The position numbers were made by a program, and so were the translations under genes. Shown one piece after another: positions 31,414 to 40,708 of a stretch of DNA of 64,000 bases. Source of the stretch: Longimicrobiales bacterium. Lineage in GTDB: Bacteria > Gemmatimonadota > Gemmatimonadetes > Longimicrobiales > Gaopeijiaceae. Below the pieces are notes generated by a model that had not been told where the DNA came from, did no database searches, and saw only the letters and a program-made list of their open reading frames with translations. Position 1 is the first letter of the stretch. Each line of letters begins with the position of its first letter. Location: assembly GCA_965116905.1 (NCBI GenBank), contig OZ220732.1, positions 896,001-960,000 of the forward strand, in the 5' to 3' direction.

Positions 31414-31827
31414 TCAACCACCTACGTGCGTTGGCACCTCGATACCCTTTGCGATTGCGGCCGCGGCCAATCTGCGGTCGAGCGTCGCGAGTGGCAGTTG
31501 CATGCGAAGGGCCAGCTCCAGGTACATCGCGTCGTAAACGGATAGCCCGTCCTCGTCAGCGAGCGTGAGCACCGCTTCCCAGACCCGGCCGGCCGAAACG
31601 GGTTCGATCTCCACCGGCAGACCCTTGAGGCTGTTGCGGACTCTCGTCCATTCGTCCCTGGTGATCCGGCCTCGGCTGGTGGCGACCCACAGGACGTTGC
31701 CCACTTCGATCGGCCAGAGAGCGGGAACGAATGCCCTGCCGTCGATCAGGGACTCACGCAGCCGATCGGTCTCCGGCGAGGCCTCGTCCGCGAACACCCA
31801 CGCCATGGTCACCGAACAATCGAGCAC
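31414..31827 (-). CDS. vapC: VapC PIN-domain toxin
   Basis: FVLDCS, E.GN, LSVYDAMYLELA, LATLD. Confidence 0.9.
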   Translation of the reverse strand: MLDCSVTMAWVFADEASPETDRLRESLIDGRAFVPALWPIEVGNVLWVATSRGRITRDEWTRVRNSLKGLPVEIEPVSAGRVWEAVLTLADEDGLSVYDAMYLELALRMQLPLATLDRRLAAAAIAKGIEVPTHVGG

Positions 31828-31832
31828 GAACG

Positions 31833-32075
31833 TCAGCGTCTGCGGCCCTCTTCGATCATGTCGCGAATCGAGAGCCCGCCCAGGCTATGGGTCTTCTGGA
31901 AGGCCTTCAGATCCTCGATTGCGGCGCGGATCCTGGTCGTGTCGCGGGTCTTAAAGGGGATCAACTCCGCGACGGGGCGATTGTGTCTGGTGATGACAAA
32001 CCGCTCCCCGGCCTGCACCCGCCGCAGGAGACGAGGGAGGTGGGTCTTGGCTTCGAAGGATCCGATACGGGACAT
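31833..32075 (-). CDS. Phd/YefM family antitoxin
   Basis: EAKTHLPRLL..V..GE..VITRHNRPVAEL. Confidence 0.9.
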   Translation of the reverse strand: MSRIGSFEAKTHLPRLLRRVQAGERFVITRHNRPVAELIPFKTRDTTRIRAAIEDLKAFQKTHSLGGLSIRDMIEEGRRR

Positions 32076-32121
32076 GGAATGCGTTTCAGCCGAAACGTTT
32101 TGGCTCAACCAGAAATCAGAC

Positions 32122-32139
32122 TAGACTGAGACCAGTCTA
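32122..32139. promoter_or_regulatory. Inverted repeat, putative TA autoregulatory operator
   Basis: TAGACTG-AGAC-CAGTCTA upstream of the antitoxin. Confidence 0.55.
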
Positions 32140-32186
32140 ATTTGTTCACGGAATTGAGACAACCCGGACCGCTGACATGTTGGCCG

Positions 32187-32792
32187 CTAGGCGGTCGGCT
32201 TCGGCCGCACGGCAAACCGGTTGACCCACCGGACCAGATCGGGGCGCCTGATTCGGGCGGCATGGAGCGCGCGGGCGATCTCGTAGAGCGAGATGCCACC
32301 CCGGGTGCGAAGGTCCTTGAAGCGGGGGGCGGTGACCGCGCCGAATAGATGCGCCAGGATGGCACGATCGGCGGGTGTCAGGCGGGCAGAGCGGAACAGG
32401 CGCGAGAGGGCCGGGCCGCTGGGGCGGTTCGCAATGCCCGCGAGGTGCAGGCCGGAGAGGTCGGCAAGGAAGTCGTGGGCGGCTTGCTGCCCCCCCGGCG
32501 GGAGGATGCGCATCCGTGCGCGGGGGTAGTCCCACCAGGGGAGCGGAAGAGGGTCGAGGGGTGTGGTCCGTTCCGCTCGGCAGTAGTGGACGGTCGTGGG
32601 CTTGCCGGGCCCGCCGATCATGGAGCCATGCGGCCCAAGGCCTTCGGCCGCAGGGTCGCCGCCACGGCGGATGCAGTCGTCGAAGCGGCGGCGCTCGTAG
32701 CGGGCGATGAGCTCCTCGTCGCTGGGGACGCGCTCGGGATCCCGTGGAGGCGGGTCGAAGTAGTAGGCGCGGACGAGGTCGTAGTCGATCAT
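32187..32792 (-). CDS. Hypothetical protein coupled to AbiEii gene
   Basis: ATGA overlap with the upstream AbiEii-like gene. Confidence 0.7.
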   Translation of the reverse strand: MIDYDLVRAYYFDPPPRDPERVPSDEELIARYERRRFDDCIRRGGDPAAEGLGPHGSMIGGPGKPTTVHYCRAERTTPLDPLPLPWWDYPRARMRILPPGGQQAAHDFLADLSGLHLAGIANRPSGPALSRLFRSARLTPADRAILAHLFGAVTAPRFKDLRTRGGISLYEIARALHAARIRRPDLVRWVNRFAVRPKPTA

Positions 32793-33472
32793 CGCTGGCG
32801 GTCGTGAAGTTCGTCGCGGACGAGTTGTTCGACGATGGCAAGAGCCCGTTTCTCCAAAGCGGGGTCGGACGGACTCAGGAGGGGGGCCAGGTCTCGACCG
32901 CTGGCCGTGTGGTCGCTGAAGGCCTCGAGGATGTTGCCCAGCTCGCTCCGACGGACTGCTCGGAACGCTTTGGCGAGCTCGGCGGAGTCACGGCGGTTGG
33001 CCCAGGCGATGTCGTACACGTCCTGGGACAGGATGGTGCGGCGCTGGGCCATGCGAAAGACAAGCTTCTTGCCGAGGATTTCGTTGGTGGTCTCCAAGGG
33101 GAGTCTTGTACCGCGAACAGTGTCGGGCGAGCGGGGTTCGGAAGTTAGAGCTCCGGGGTTGACGGTGATGTGCCCATCGAGGCCGCGAAAGCGGATGTAG
33201 GTGTCGTCCCTGCCGATGGCCAGGCGGATAACGGGTGCGGCGGCGGTCAAGTCGAGGGTGAAGCGGCCGCCCGTGTTCCGTTGAAAGTGGAGATAGCGGT
33301 CGCTGTCGACGAAGAGGTCCACATCCGTGCTGTGCCTGTGCGCCCAGCGTGCCGCAAGGGCGGTGCCGCCGCCGAAACGAATGTTGTCCTCGCCGTCGAA
33401 CGCGTGGGCGAGGGGACGTCGAACCGCCTCGAAGAGTTCGGCCGGACCGGTGGGCAGTTCGTATTCAGCCAT
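32789..33472 (-). CDS. AbiEii/AbiGii family nucleotidyltransferase toxin
   Basis: FGGGTALA...HRHSTDVDLF, EILGKK, DVYDI. Confidence 0.85.
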   Translation of the reverse strand: MAEYELPTGPAELFEAVRRPLAHAFDGEDNIRFGGGTALAARWAHRHSTDVDLFVDSDRYLHFQRNTGGRFTLDLTAAAPVIRLAIGRDDTYIRFRGLDGHITVNPGALTSEPRSPDTVRGTRLPLETTNEILGKKLVFRMAQRRTILSQDVYDIAWANRRDSAELAKAFRAVRRSELGNILEAFSDHTASGRDLAPLLSPSDPALEKRALAIVEQLVRDELHDRQR

Positions 33473-33478
33473 GACGAA

Positions 33479-33550
33479 TGACGCCGTTCGCCGACATTCG
33501 AGTATTGTCGTCGCTCACAGACATTGATGATTTGTCGTCGTTCGCCTACA
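33479..33550. promoter_or_regulatory. Three 18-bp imperfect palindromic operators (TGTCG-N8-CGACA), 27-bp period
   Basis: TGACG-N8-CGACA (33479), TGTCG-N8-AGACA (33506), TGTCG-N8-CTACA (33533), between divergent abiEii and hipB. Confidence 0.7.
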
Positions 33551-33599
33551 ATTGAGTGACTCAATCGAATCCCGGGTCCCCAACTTCCGAGGATCACCC

Positions 33600-33896
33600 A
33601 TGAGAGTCAACACACCCGCCGATTTCGGCCATTTGATCCGGCGGGCGAGGAAAGCACGGGGCATGACCCAGCAGCAGCTGGCGCGCGCGGCCGCCGTGGG
33701 ACGCCAGTGGATCGTGGGGATCGAGGCAGGAAAGCGGCGGGCCGAACTCGGGAAGGTAATGCAGACCCTGGCTGCGCTGGACCTGACGTTGTCAATGCAC
33801 GGCGAAGGGATACCCGAGACCCGCAAATCCGAAGTTCCGATTGAAGCCATCGATCTCCAGGATGTTCTGGATGCGCACCGGCGCACATCGCGGTGA
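33600..33896 (+). CDS. hipB: HipB-like XRE HTH antitoxin
   Basis: IRRARKARGMTQQQLA...GRQW...IEAGK; GTGA overlap with hipA. Confidence 0.88.
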   Translation: MRVNTPADFGHLIRRARKARGMTQQQLARAAAVGRQWIVGIEAGKRRAELGKVMQTLAALDLTLSMHGEGIPETRKSEVPIEAIDLQDVLDAHRRTSR

Positions 33897-35173
33897 ACGA
33901 GCGCCTGATCGCGTTGGCCGATGGCCGGAAGCTCGGAGAGATCGAGCGGGACGCCAGAGGTCGGCTCAGCTTCCAGTACGACGACTCATGGAGCCAGGAA
34001 GAAGCGGCGTTTCCGCTTTCCCTCTCGATGCCGATGACTGTCCGGAGCCACGGTCATGACAGTATCGAACCATGGCTATGGGGACTCCTGCCGGACAACG
34101 AGAATGTGCTGGCGCGGTGGGGCCGGAGGTTCCAGGTTTCGGCGCGCAGTGCCTTCTCCCTGCTCCGCGGAACGGGGGAAGATTGTGCGGGAGCGGTGCA
34201 GCTGGTGCGGCCGGAGCGGGTCGACCACCTGCGGGCTTCGGCAGATTGGGAAGTCGCCTGGTTGACGTCCACCGAGGTCGCGGCCCGCCTGCGGACGCTT
34301 TGGCGCGACGACAGCGCGTGGCGGCTCGACGGTGACGAGGGGCAGTTCAGTCTGGCCGGGGCGCAGGCCAAGACGGCGTTGCTCCTGGATGGCGACCGCT
34401 GGGGCATTCCGCAGGGTGCGACTCCCACCACCCACATCCTGAAACCACCGATTCGACGCTTTCCCGGACACTGCGAGAACGAGCACCTCTGCCTTCAACT
34501 GGCCCGCGCCCTGAGGATTCCCGCTGCCCGTTCCCAGGTGAGCCGCTTCGGGGGGGTGACGGCCATCGTCGTCGAGAGATACGACCGGATCGCCATTGGC
34601 GGACGGCTCGCACGGGTGCATCAGGAGGACCTGTGCCAGGTCCTGGGAGTGTTCCCGGCGCGCAAGTACGAAGGTGAAGGAGGGCCTGGGTGCCGAGACA
34701 TCGCACAGGCGATCCGGACCCATAGTCGATGTCCGGGTGAGGATCTTCGCTCGTTCGCCAAGGCCATGGTCTTCAACTGGGTCATCGGCGGAACGGACGC
34801 GCACGCAAAGAACTTCTCGTTCCTGATCGCCGTTCGCGGGCGCGCGGCTCTGGCCCCGCTTTATGACGTCGCGAGCACGCTACCCTATCCCGGCCGCTAC
34901 GCGCCAAGACGCAAACTCGCCATGAAAGTAGGCGGCGAATCACGGCTCGGGTACATCCAGGTGAGACACTGGGAGCGGTTCGCTGCCCATGTGGGGCTGC
35001 CGCCGGAAGAAGTCCTCGGGATCTGCGAATCCGTGGCCGCCGAGACGCCCGACCGCTTTGCCGATTTGGTTGCGGCCGCCCGGTCGGAAGAACTGGATCA
35101 CCCGGTCATCGAGAGGCTCGAGGAGGGGATCACGAAGCACGCGAGCGCATGCCTGGACCGGTTGCGAAGATGA
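33893..35173 (+). CDS. hipA: HipA family serine/threonine kinase toxin
   Basis: PLSLSMP, GLLPDN, SLAGAQAK, THILKP, HQEDLCQ, DAHAKNFS, LAPLYD. Confidence 0.95.
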   Translation: MNERLIALADGRKLGEIERDARGRLSFQYDDSWSQEEAAFPLSLSMPMTVRSHGHDSIEPWLWGLLPDNENVLARWGRRFQVSARSAFSLLRGTGEDCAGAVQLVRPERVDHLRASADWEVAWLTSTEVAARLRTLWRDDSAWRLDGDEGQFSLAGAQAKTALLLDGDRWGIPQGATPTTHILKPPIRRFPGHCENEHLCLQLARALRIPAARSQVSRFGGVTAIVVERYDRIAIGGRLARVHQEDLCQVLGVFPARKYEGEGGPGCRDIAQAIRTHSRCPGEDLRSFAKAMVFNWVIGGTDAHAKNFSFLIAVRGRAALAPLYDVASTLPYPGRYAPRRKLAMKVGGESRLGYIQVRHWERFAAHVGLPPEEVLGICESVAAETPDRFADLVAAARSEELDHPVIERLEEGITKHASACLDRLRR

Positions 35174-35197
35174 AGGGCGTGGACCGACCGGCCCGAA

Positions 35198-35270
35198 TGG
35201 TCGCTGCTGGACTCGAACCAGCGACCCCTACGATGTGAGCGTAGTGCTCTACCGACTGAGCTAAGCGACC
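35198..35270 (-). tRNA. tRNA-Val(CAC)
   Basis: GGTCGCTTAGCTCAGTCGGTAGAGC...CTACG-CTCACAT-CGTAG...GGTTCGAGTCC...AGCGACCA cloverleaf; CCA not encoded. Confidence 0.95.
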
Positions 35271-35275
35271 TTGAG

Positions 35276-35348
35276 TACCCCCACGGGGAATCGAACCCCG
35301 GTCTCCTGGCTGAGAACCAGGTATCCTAGTCCACTAGACGATGGGGGC
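35276..35348 (-). tRNA. tRNA-Glu(CTC)
   Basis: GCCCCCATCGTCTAGTGG...CCTGG-TTCTCAG-CCAGG...GGTTCGATTCC...TGGGGGTA cloverleaf. Confidence 0.95.
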
Positions 35349-35481
35349 GTCCATGCCCGCGTCCGGCGAGTCGTGAATGACGCCGGAGGCGAGGGGCAGA
35401 TAAGCTAAAGCGAATCGGCGGGCGGCTCAAGTATGCATGAGGACCCGTCGCCGTCCCAGCTTACCCCAACCGAGGTCCACC

Positions 35482-36354
35482 GTGACCGAGAAACCCGACA
35501 ACCCCTTCCAGAAACTTCGGACCCGAACGCTCATTCCGTTCACGATCTTCGGAATGATCGGTTTGGCCGTGGTTTACGGCATCGTCGCCAGCGTGACGCC
35601 GATTGATCCGCGGGACACCGCAGCGGACGAAACCGCTTTCGAAATCGCGTTTTATGGGGCCCTCGCACTGTGGACCCTGTGGGCGTGCCGCAGGTCGGGC
35701 ACCTGTATCCGGCGGCTCGTCGGCCGTGTGCCCGCCGGCTCCAACTGGCTCCCCGTATTAGGCCTCCTCGTCGTCGCAGGCCTTTTTTCGGTCGGGTCGT
35801 GGAACGTCGCCGCATTCGGGCTGTCACGGATCGCGCCCGGGATGTTGGAGTGGCTGATGGAAGCCGGGTCGCTGATTCCCGTCGATTCATGGGTTGCCAG
35901 CATCATGTGGATGCTCACCGGGGTAGTGTTCGCCCCGGTCGTGGAAGAGGTGATCTTCCGGGGCATCCTGGTGAACCGGTGGGGGGTGAAGTGGGGAATC
36001 AGGACCGGGATCGTTGTTTCGTCGGTGGTCTTCGGGTTGCTCCATGTGGTAGACACGGCCGGGGCGACGATCTTCGGCCTCGTCGCGGCGGTGTTGTACC
36101 TCCAGACGCGGACGCTGATCGTCCCGATCGCATTCCACGCAGCGAACAACCTGGTGGCATTGCTGCTGGAGTTCGTGTACCCGACTGAGGGGCCATTGGA
36201 TCTCGCGGCCGAGGTCCAAGGGATCGAGACCATGGCGCTCCCAGGCCTCGGCATCGCGGCGGTGACGCTACCCGTGCTGGTGTGGTACCTGAAGCGCAAC
36301 TGGCCGGGGCGGGGGGCCGAGATTCCCTATGAGGCGCGGGGAGTCTCAGTGTAG
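35482..36354 (+). CDS. CPBP (Abi/CAAX) intramembrane metalloprotease
   Basis: APVVEEVIFRG, FGLLH, IAFHAANN. Confidence 0.9.
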   Translation: MTEKPDNPFQKLRTRTLIPFTIFGMIGLAVVYGIVASVTPIDPRDTAADETAFEIAFYGALALWTLWACRRSGTCIRRLVGRVPAGSNWLPVLGLLVVAGLFSVGSWNVAAFGLSRIAPGMLEWLMEAGSLIPVDSWVASIMWMLTGVVFAPVVEEVIFRGILVNRWGVKWGIRTGIVVSSVVFGLLHVVDTAGATIFGLVAAVLYLQTRTLIVPIAFHAANNLVALLLEFVYPTEGPLDLAAEVQGIETMALPGLGIAAVTLPVLVWYLKRNWPGRGAEIPYEARGVSV

Positions 36355-36373
36355 GATCGGGCTGATGCCGACC

Positions 36374-36778
36374 CTACACCTCGAACGGATTCAGCAACGG
36401 CACGCCGAGCCTGCGGAAGTCGCGGACGTCGCGAGTCACCACCGTCAGCCGGTGGACTGTGGCCGTGGCCGCGATCATCGCGTCTTCCAGCAGGGTCCGC
36501 GAACGCTGCCGCTTCAACCGGGCCCACTCCCGAAACGCAGCCGCATCCATGGGCAACACGCCGTACGAATCGATCACCTGCTCCAGCCAGATCTCCAGTT
36601 CCTGAGCCTTGTGAGGGTCCCGTTCGCGGACGTTTTCGATGCCGGCCTGGATCTCGCCCACGGTGACGGCGGACAGAAAGAGCTGATCGGACGGCACGCC
36701 GGCAATCCATCGCAGCACGGACCGGTGAGGCTGCGGCCGGCGAAGCTCCGACACGACATTGGTGTCCAGCAGGTACAC
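36374..36778 (-). CDS. vapC: VapC PIN-domain toxin
   Basis: YLLDTNVVSE, DAMIAATA, VVTRDVRDF. Confidence 0.92.
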   Translation of the reverse strand: MYLLDTNVVSELRRPQPHRSVLRWIAGVPSDQLFLSAVTVGEIQAGIENVRERDPHKAQELEIWLEQVIDSYGVLPMDAAAFREWARLKRQRSRTLLEDAMIAATATVHRLTVVTRDVRDFRRLGVPLLNPFEV

Positions 36779-36782
36779 GGGC

Positions 36783-37043
36783 CTATTCGAGCGGAGGGGG
36801 TTCGCGGTGGCGGTGCGCCGCACGGGGTGGCGTCAACTCCTCCGTGCGGGCCTCGGGAGCCAGCAGGAGCTCCTTGAGGTCCCGCCGCGCCATGCGCTTC
36901 ATCCGACGCCACTCGTCGATGGACACCAGCACCGCCGCTTCCACTCCGCGCTTTGTGACCAGCTGCGGGCCGTCGGACACGCTCGACGCGAGCATCTCGC
37001 TGAAGCGCGCCTTGGCCTCCTGCACCTGCCAGACTCTGGGCAC
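36783..37043 (-). CDS. Phd/YefM family antitoxin
   Basis: WQVQEAKARFSE...GPQLVTKRG; RBS AGGAGG. Confidence 0.9.
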   Translation of the reverse strand: MPRVWQVQEAKARFSEMLASSVSDGPQLVTKRGVEAAVLVSIDEWRRMKRMARRDLKELLLAPEARTEELTPPRAAHRHREPPPLE

Positions 37044-37070
37044 ACGATCCTCCTGATTCACAACTTAACT

Positions 37071-37090
37071 GACTAGTTATAGGACTAGTC
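37071..37090. promoter_or_regulatory. Inverted repeat, putative TA operator
   Basis: GACTAGT-TATAGG-ACTAGTC upstream of the antitoxin. Confidence 0.6.
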
Positions 37091-37225
37091 CGATCATGAC
37101 ACGCGGTCAAGGCTCGCCACGCGCCCCTCGCGTTTCGTATTTCAGTCGACAGATTAGGAGCCACGCACAACCGCGGGGCGGCCGTTGTCCGGCTGCCGCC
37201 AAACACCAACACGAAACGCCCACCA

Positions 37226-38815
37226 GTGAACCCATCCCCCCAGGTCCTCATCCTCGGTGGCGGCCCGGCCGGAGCCGCCGCCGCGCGCCTCCTCGCGCAG
37301 TGGGGCGTGGAGGCCGTGGTCGTGGAGCGGTCGCCGGACCCTGACCCGACCGCGCCGTCCCTGGCCGAGTCGCTGCCGCCCAGCACGCGCAAGGTACTGG
37401 CCGCGACGGGGCTGCTGGGGGTCGTGGAGGCGGGCGGATTCCTCGCGAACAGCGGGAACACCGCGCTTTGGGGCGGCGAAGGCCGCCGTGACGACTTCGC
37501 GGGGGGTGCTGCCGGGTTCCACATCCTGCGGTCGCGGTTCGACAGCCTGCTGCGTGCGGCGGCGGCGGAGGCCGGGGCCGAGATCGTGAGGGGCGTGGCG
37601 AGGTTGCCGGAGCAGGGCAGCGACGGGGAGGGATGGCGGGTCGAGGTCGCGCTGGACGGCGGGAAGCGCGTCGAGATGCACCCGCGCTGGATACTCGACT
37701 GCACCGGCAGGGCCGGCTTGCTGGCGCGCCGCTACCGCGTCCTGGAGTCGAAAGCGCCGACTCTGGCGGTGGTTCGGCGGTACCGCAACGACCGCGGGTG
37801 GCAGAACGTCGAGGCCACCCACGCCCTCGTGGAGAGCTTCGAGCGAGGCTGGGCCTGGTCGGTACCCACCTCGGAGACCGAGCGTCACGTCGCGGTCATG
37901 CTCGACCCTCAACTCCACGCCGTGATGGAGGGGGCCGCCGATCTCTCGGCTGCCTTCGAGGCCGAGATCGCCAACACCGCCCTCATGCACTCCATCACAA
38001 CCCCCGCAGTGTCCGTCGGCGACGCCTGGGCGGTGACCGCGTCGATGTACACGTCGTCCCGGTTTGCTCTGGACCGGGCGTTGCTCGTGGGAGACGCGGC
38101 CTCGTTCGCGGACCCGATGTCGTCGTACGGGGTGAAGAAGGCGCTGGCGTCGGCGTGGCTGGCCGCGGTCGCGGTCCACACGGCGATCCGCACGCCGGAG
38201 CTGGCGGAAACCGCGGCCGACTTCTACAGCCGCAGGGAGCAGGCGATGTACGAGGCGTTGCGGGAAGGGCTGGCGACGCAGGTGGCGGGGACGAGGTTGG
38301 GGGGCGAGGGCGCGGGGGACACCAGCGGGTCGGCAACCGCAGGGCCTGGTGCGGGCGCGCCCGAAGACGCCTTCTGGGACCGGCGCGCGCTGTGGCTTGC
38401 CGATCGATCCGAGGCCGCAATCGAAGCGAACTCGCCCGACGGTCCGTCCCCCGAGGCGCTCCGCGACGACCCTGAGGTGCGCGCGGCCTTCCACGCGCTG
38501 CGTCTGGGTTCGGGACGCCTCCGCGTGGGGCGCCGCGACACCGTTGACCGGCCCCTGGTCATCGGGAACCGGATCCGTCTTGCTCCCGCGCTGGTGACCC
38601 CGCGCTTCCCCGCCGGCGTCCGCTACTTTCGCGACGTCGACCTGCTCCGCGTGGTCCACCTGGCGACGGGGTCGGCCAACCCCGGTGCCCTCTACGAGTC
38701 CTACTGCGAGTGGGCGGCGCGCGAGGATCTGCCGCCGGTCGACCTGGCCAACTTCATCGGCGTGGTCGCGCTGCTGGTCGCCGACGGGGTGCTGGTGCCG
38801 GGGCGGGGAGCCTAG
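37226..38815 (+). CDS. qhpG: FAD-dependent monooxygenase, probable QhpG (CTQ biogenesis)
   Basis: GGGPAG, ESLPP, DCTGR, GWAW, LVGDAASFADPMSSYGV; directly upstream of qhpA. Confidence 0.75.
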   Translation: MNPSPQVLILGGGPAGAAAARLLAQWGVEAVVVERSPDPDPTAPSLAESLPPSTRKVLAATGLLGVVEAGGFLANSGNTALWGGEGRRDDFAGGAAGFHILRSRFDSLLRAAAAEAGAEIVRGVARLPEQGSDGEGWRVEVALDGGKRVEMHPRWILDCTGRAGLLARRYRVLESKAPTLAVVRRYRNDRGWQNVEATHALVESFERGWAWSVPTSETERHVAVMLDPQLHAVMEGAADLSAAFEAEIANTALMHSITTPAVSVGDAWAVTASMYTSSRFALDRALLVGDAASFADPMSSYGVKKALASAWLAAVAVHTAIRTPELAETAADFYSRREQAMYEALREGLATQVAGTRLGGEGAGDTSGSATAGPGAGAPEDAFWDRRALWLADRSEAAIEANSPDGPSPEALRDDPEVRAAFHALRLGSGRLRVGRRDTVDRPLVIGNRIRLAPALVTPRFPAGVRYFRDVDLLRVVHLATGSANPGALYESYCEWAAREDLPPVDLANFIGVVALLVADGVLVPGRGA

Positions 38816-38968
38816 AAGCTACTTTGCGCCGTGTCCGCCTGTTTCCTATCGTTGAGGTCGCCCACGGGCATGCGGGTCCGTGCATCACCTTGAAGCGGGA
38901 GGGACAGGGAAGCGATGAGCCCCGGGAGAGGGAGCACAGGGAGCGGCAATAACCCGGCCTGGCGACGC

Positions 38969-40708
38969 ATGAGACACCTCTCGCTGCCCGCGGCACTGAC
39001 GCCGTTGGCGTTGTTCCTTTCCCCGGCTTTTGCTCCAGCGGCCTCCGCCCAGGAGTCAGTCTCCGACACCGCCAACACCGGCATCCCCGTCACCGACCAG
39101 CTCGTCATCGAGAGCTGCGACCGCTGCCACGCCGTCGACGACGACGGCATGATGACGCGCGTCTCGTACATGCGGAAGACGCCCGAGGGCTGGCAGCAGT
39201 CGATCCGCCGCATGGTGACCCTGAACGACGCGGAGCTGGACGCCGAGACCGCGCGCGACATCGTCCGCTACCTCTCCGACAGCCACGGACTGGCGCCCGA
39301 GGAACTCCGGCCGGGCCGGTTCGAAGTGGAGCGCCGACTGATCGATTGGTCGTACGAGGAGTCGCATGAGGGGGATGAGGACGTCGATCGGGTGTGCAGC
39401 AGCTGTCACTCGATGGGACGGGTCGTCATCCAGCGCAGGACGAAGGAGGAGTGGGATCTCCTCATGGCCATGCACCGGGGCTATTATCCGCTTTCCGACA
39501 CGCAGGGGTTCCGCCGCTTCGGCCCGCCCGCGCCGGGCGCGTCCGATACCAGCCATCCGATGGACAAGGCGGTGGCCGAGCTGTCCGGGAAGTTCCCGCT
39601 GACGACCGCGCAGTGGACTTCGTGGGCGGCGACGATGCGGCCGCCGCGAATCGCTGGCACGTGGGCGCTGAAGGGGCACGATCCCGGACGCGGCCCGATC
39701 TACGGCACGGTCGAGATCTCGGAAGCGGCCGACGGGGCCGACTTCACGACCCGGGTTCGATACGCGTACGCGCGTTCGGGCGAGCAGGTGGAGCGCGAGG
39801 GCCGCGCGATCGTCTACACGGGCTACCAGTGGCGCGGCCGTTCGTTCGAGGACGGCGACGAGGCGACGTCGCTGCGCGAAGTCATGATGGTCGAGCGCGG
39901 CTGGGGCGAGATCAACGGCCGCTGGTTCGCCGGCGACTACGACGAGTTCGGCCCCGACGTGACGCTGTTGCGCGCCGACGGCCCGGTCGTGCTGGGTCTG
40001 CACCCCGTCGCCCTGCGTTCGGGCAGCAGCGCGACGGTGACGGTGCATGGCGTGAACCTGCCCACCGGCCTGGGCGCCGCGGACCTGGACCTGGGGCCCG
40101 GCGTCGAGGTCGTGAGCGTCACCCGCAGCGACTCCGAGGTGCTGGCCGCCGAGGTCACCGCGGGCGACGATGCCGCGGTCGGCGCCCGCGACGTGTTCCT
40201 CGCGGGCCGTCCGGTGCCCGGCCACCTGACCGTGTACGAGACCGTCGACCGGATCCTGGTCACGCCCGAGGCGGGCATGGCGCGGCTCGGCGGCGGCGCA
40301 TTCCCGAAGGGCTTCGCGCAGTTCGAGGCCACCGCCTTCAGCGACGGCCCCGACGGCAAGCCCGAGACGGACGACGACCTGAATCTCGGCTTCGTCGACG
40401 TCGAATGGTCGATGGAAGAGTACTCCGCGATCTTCGACGACGACGACATCGAATACGTGGGCACGCTGGGCGCTGACGGCCTCTTCCAGCCGGCGCTGGA
40501 CGGCCCCAATCCGGACCGCGACGGCCTGCGCAACAACGTCGGCGACGTCTGGACGGTGGCGACCTACCGCGGCCCCGACGGCAAGGAGGTGCGCGGACGC
40601 GCCCACCTGATCGTCACGGTGCCCCTCTACATGCGCTGGGAGCCGTGGCGGGTGCAGGAGATGCCGCTCCCGCGGCGGCGGACCTCGGACATGGGGAACG
40701 AGCGATGA
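38969..40708 (+). CDS. qhpA: Quinohemoprotein amine dehydrogenase alpha subunit (diheme c)
   Basis: Signal peptide; CDRCH and CSSCH heme motifs; RKTPEGW; YTGYQWRG; GPNPDR...NNVG. Confidence 0.93.
   Translation: MRHLSLPAALTPLALFLSPAFAPAASAQESVSDTANTGIPVTDQLVIESCDRCHAVDDDGMMTRVSYMRKTPEGWQQSIRRMVTLNDAELDAETARDIVRYLSDSHGLAPEELRPGRFEVERRLIDWSYEESHEGDEDVDRVCSSCHSMGRVVIQRRTKEEWDLLMAMHRGYYPLSDTQGFRRFGPPAPGASDTSHPMDKAVAELSGKFPLTTAQWTSWAATMRPPRIAGTWALKGHDPGRGPIYGTVEISEAADGADFTTRVRYAYARSGEQVEREGRAIVYTGYQWRGRSFEDGDEATSLREVMMVERGWGEINGRWFAGDYDEFGPDVTLLRADGPVVLGLHPVALRSGSSATVTVHGVNLPTGLGAADLDLGPGVEVVSVTRSDSEVLAAEVTAGDDAAVGARDVFLAGRPVPGHLTVYETVDRILVTPEAGMARLGGGAFPKGFAQFEATAFSDGPDGKPETDDDLNLGFVDVEWSMEEYSAIFDDDDIEYVGTLGADGLFQPALDGPNPDRDGLRNNVGDVWTVATYRGPDGKEVRGRAHLIVTVPLYMRWEPWRVQEMPLPRRRTSDMGNER

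Noticed and set aside
33479..33550. Mini CRISPR array
   Set aside because: Repeats of 18 bp with 9-bp gaps and no cas genes; the geometry matches operators.
31370..35270. Prophage or integrative element at tRNA-Val with att repeats
   Set aside because: No integrase, phage genes or duplicated tRNA 3' end was found by eye.
37226..38815. Flavin-dependent halogenase
   Set aside because: The fold is similar, but the position at the head of the qhp operon fits the QhpG hydroxylase better.
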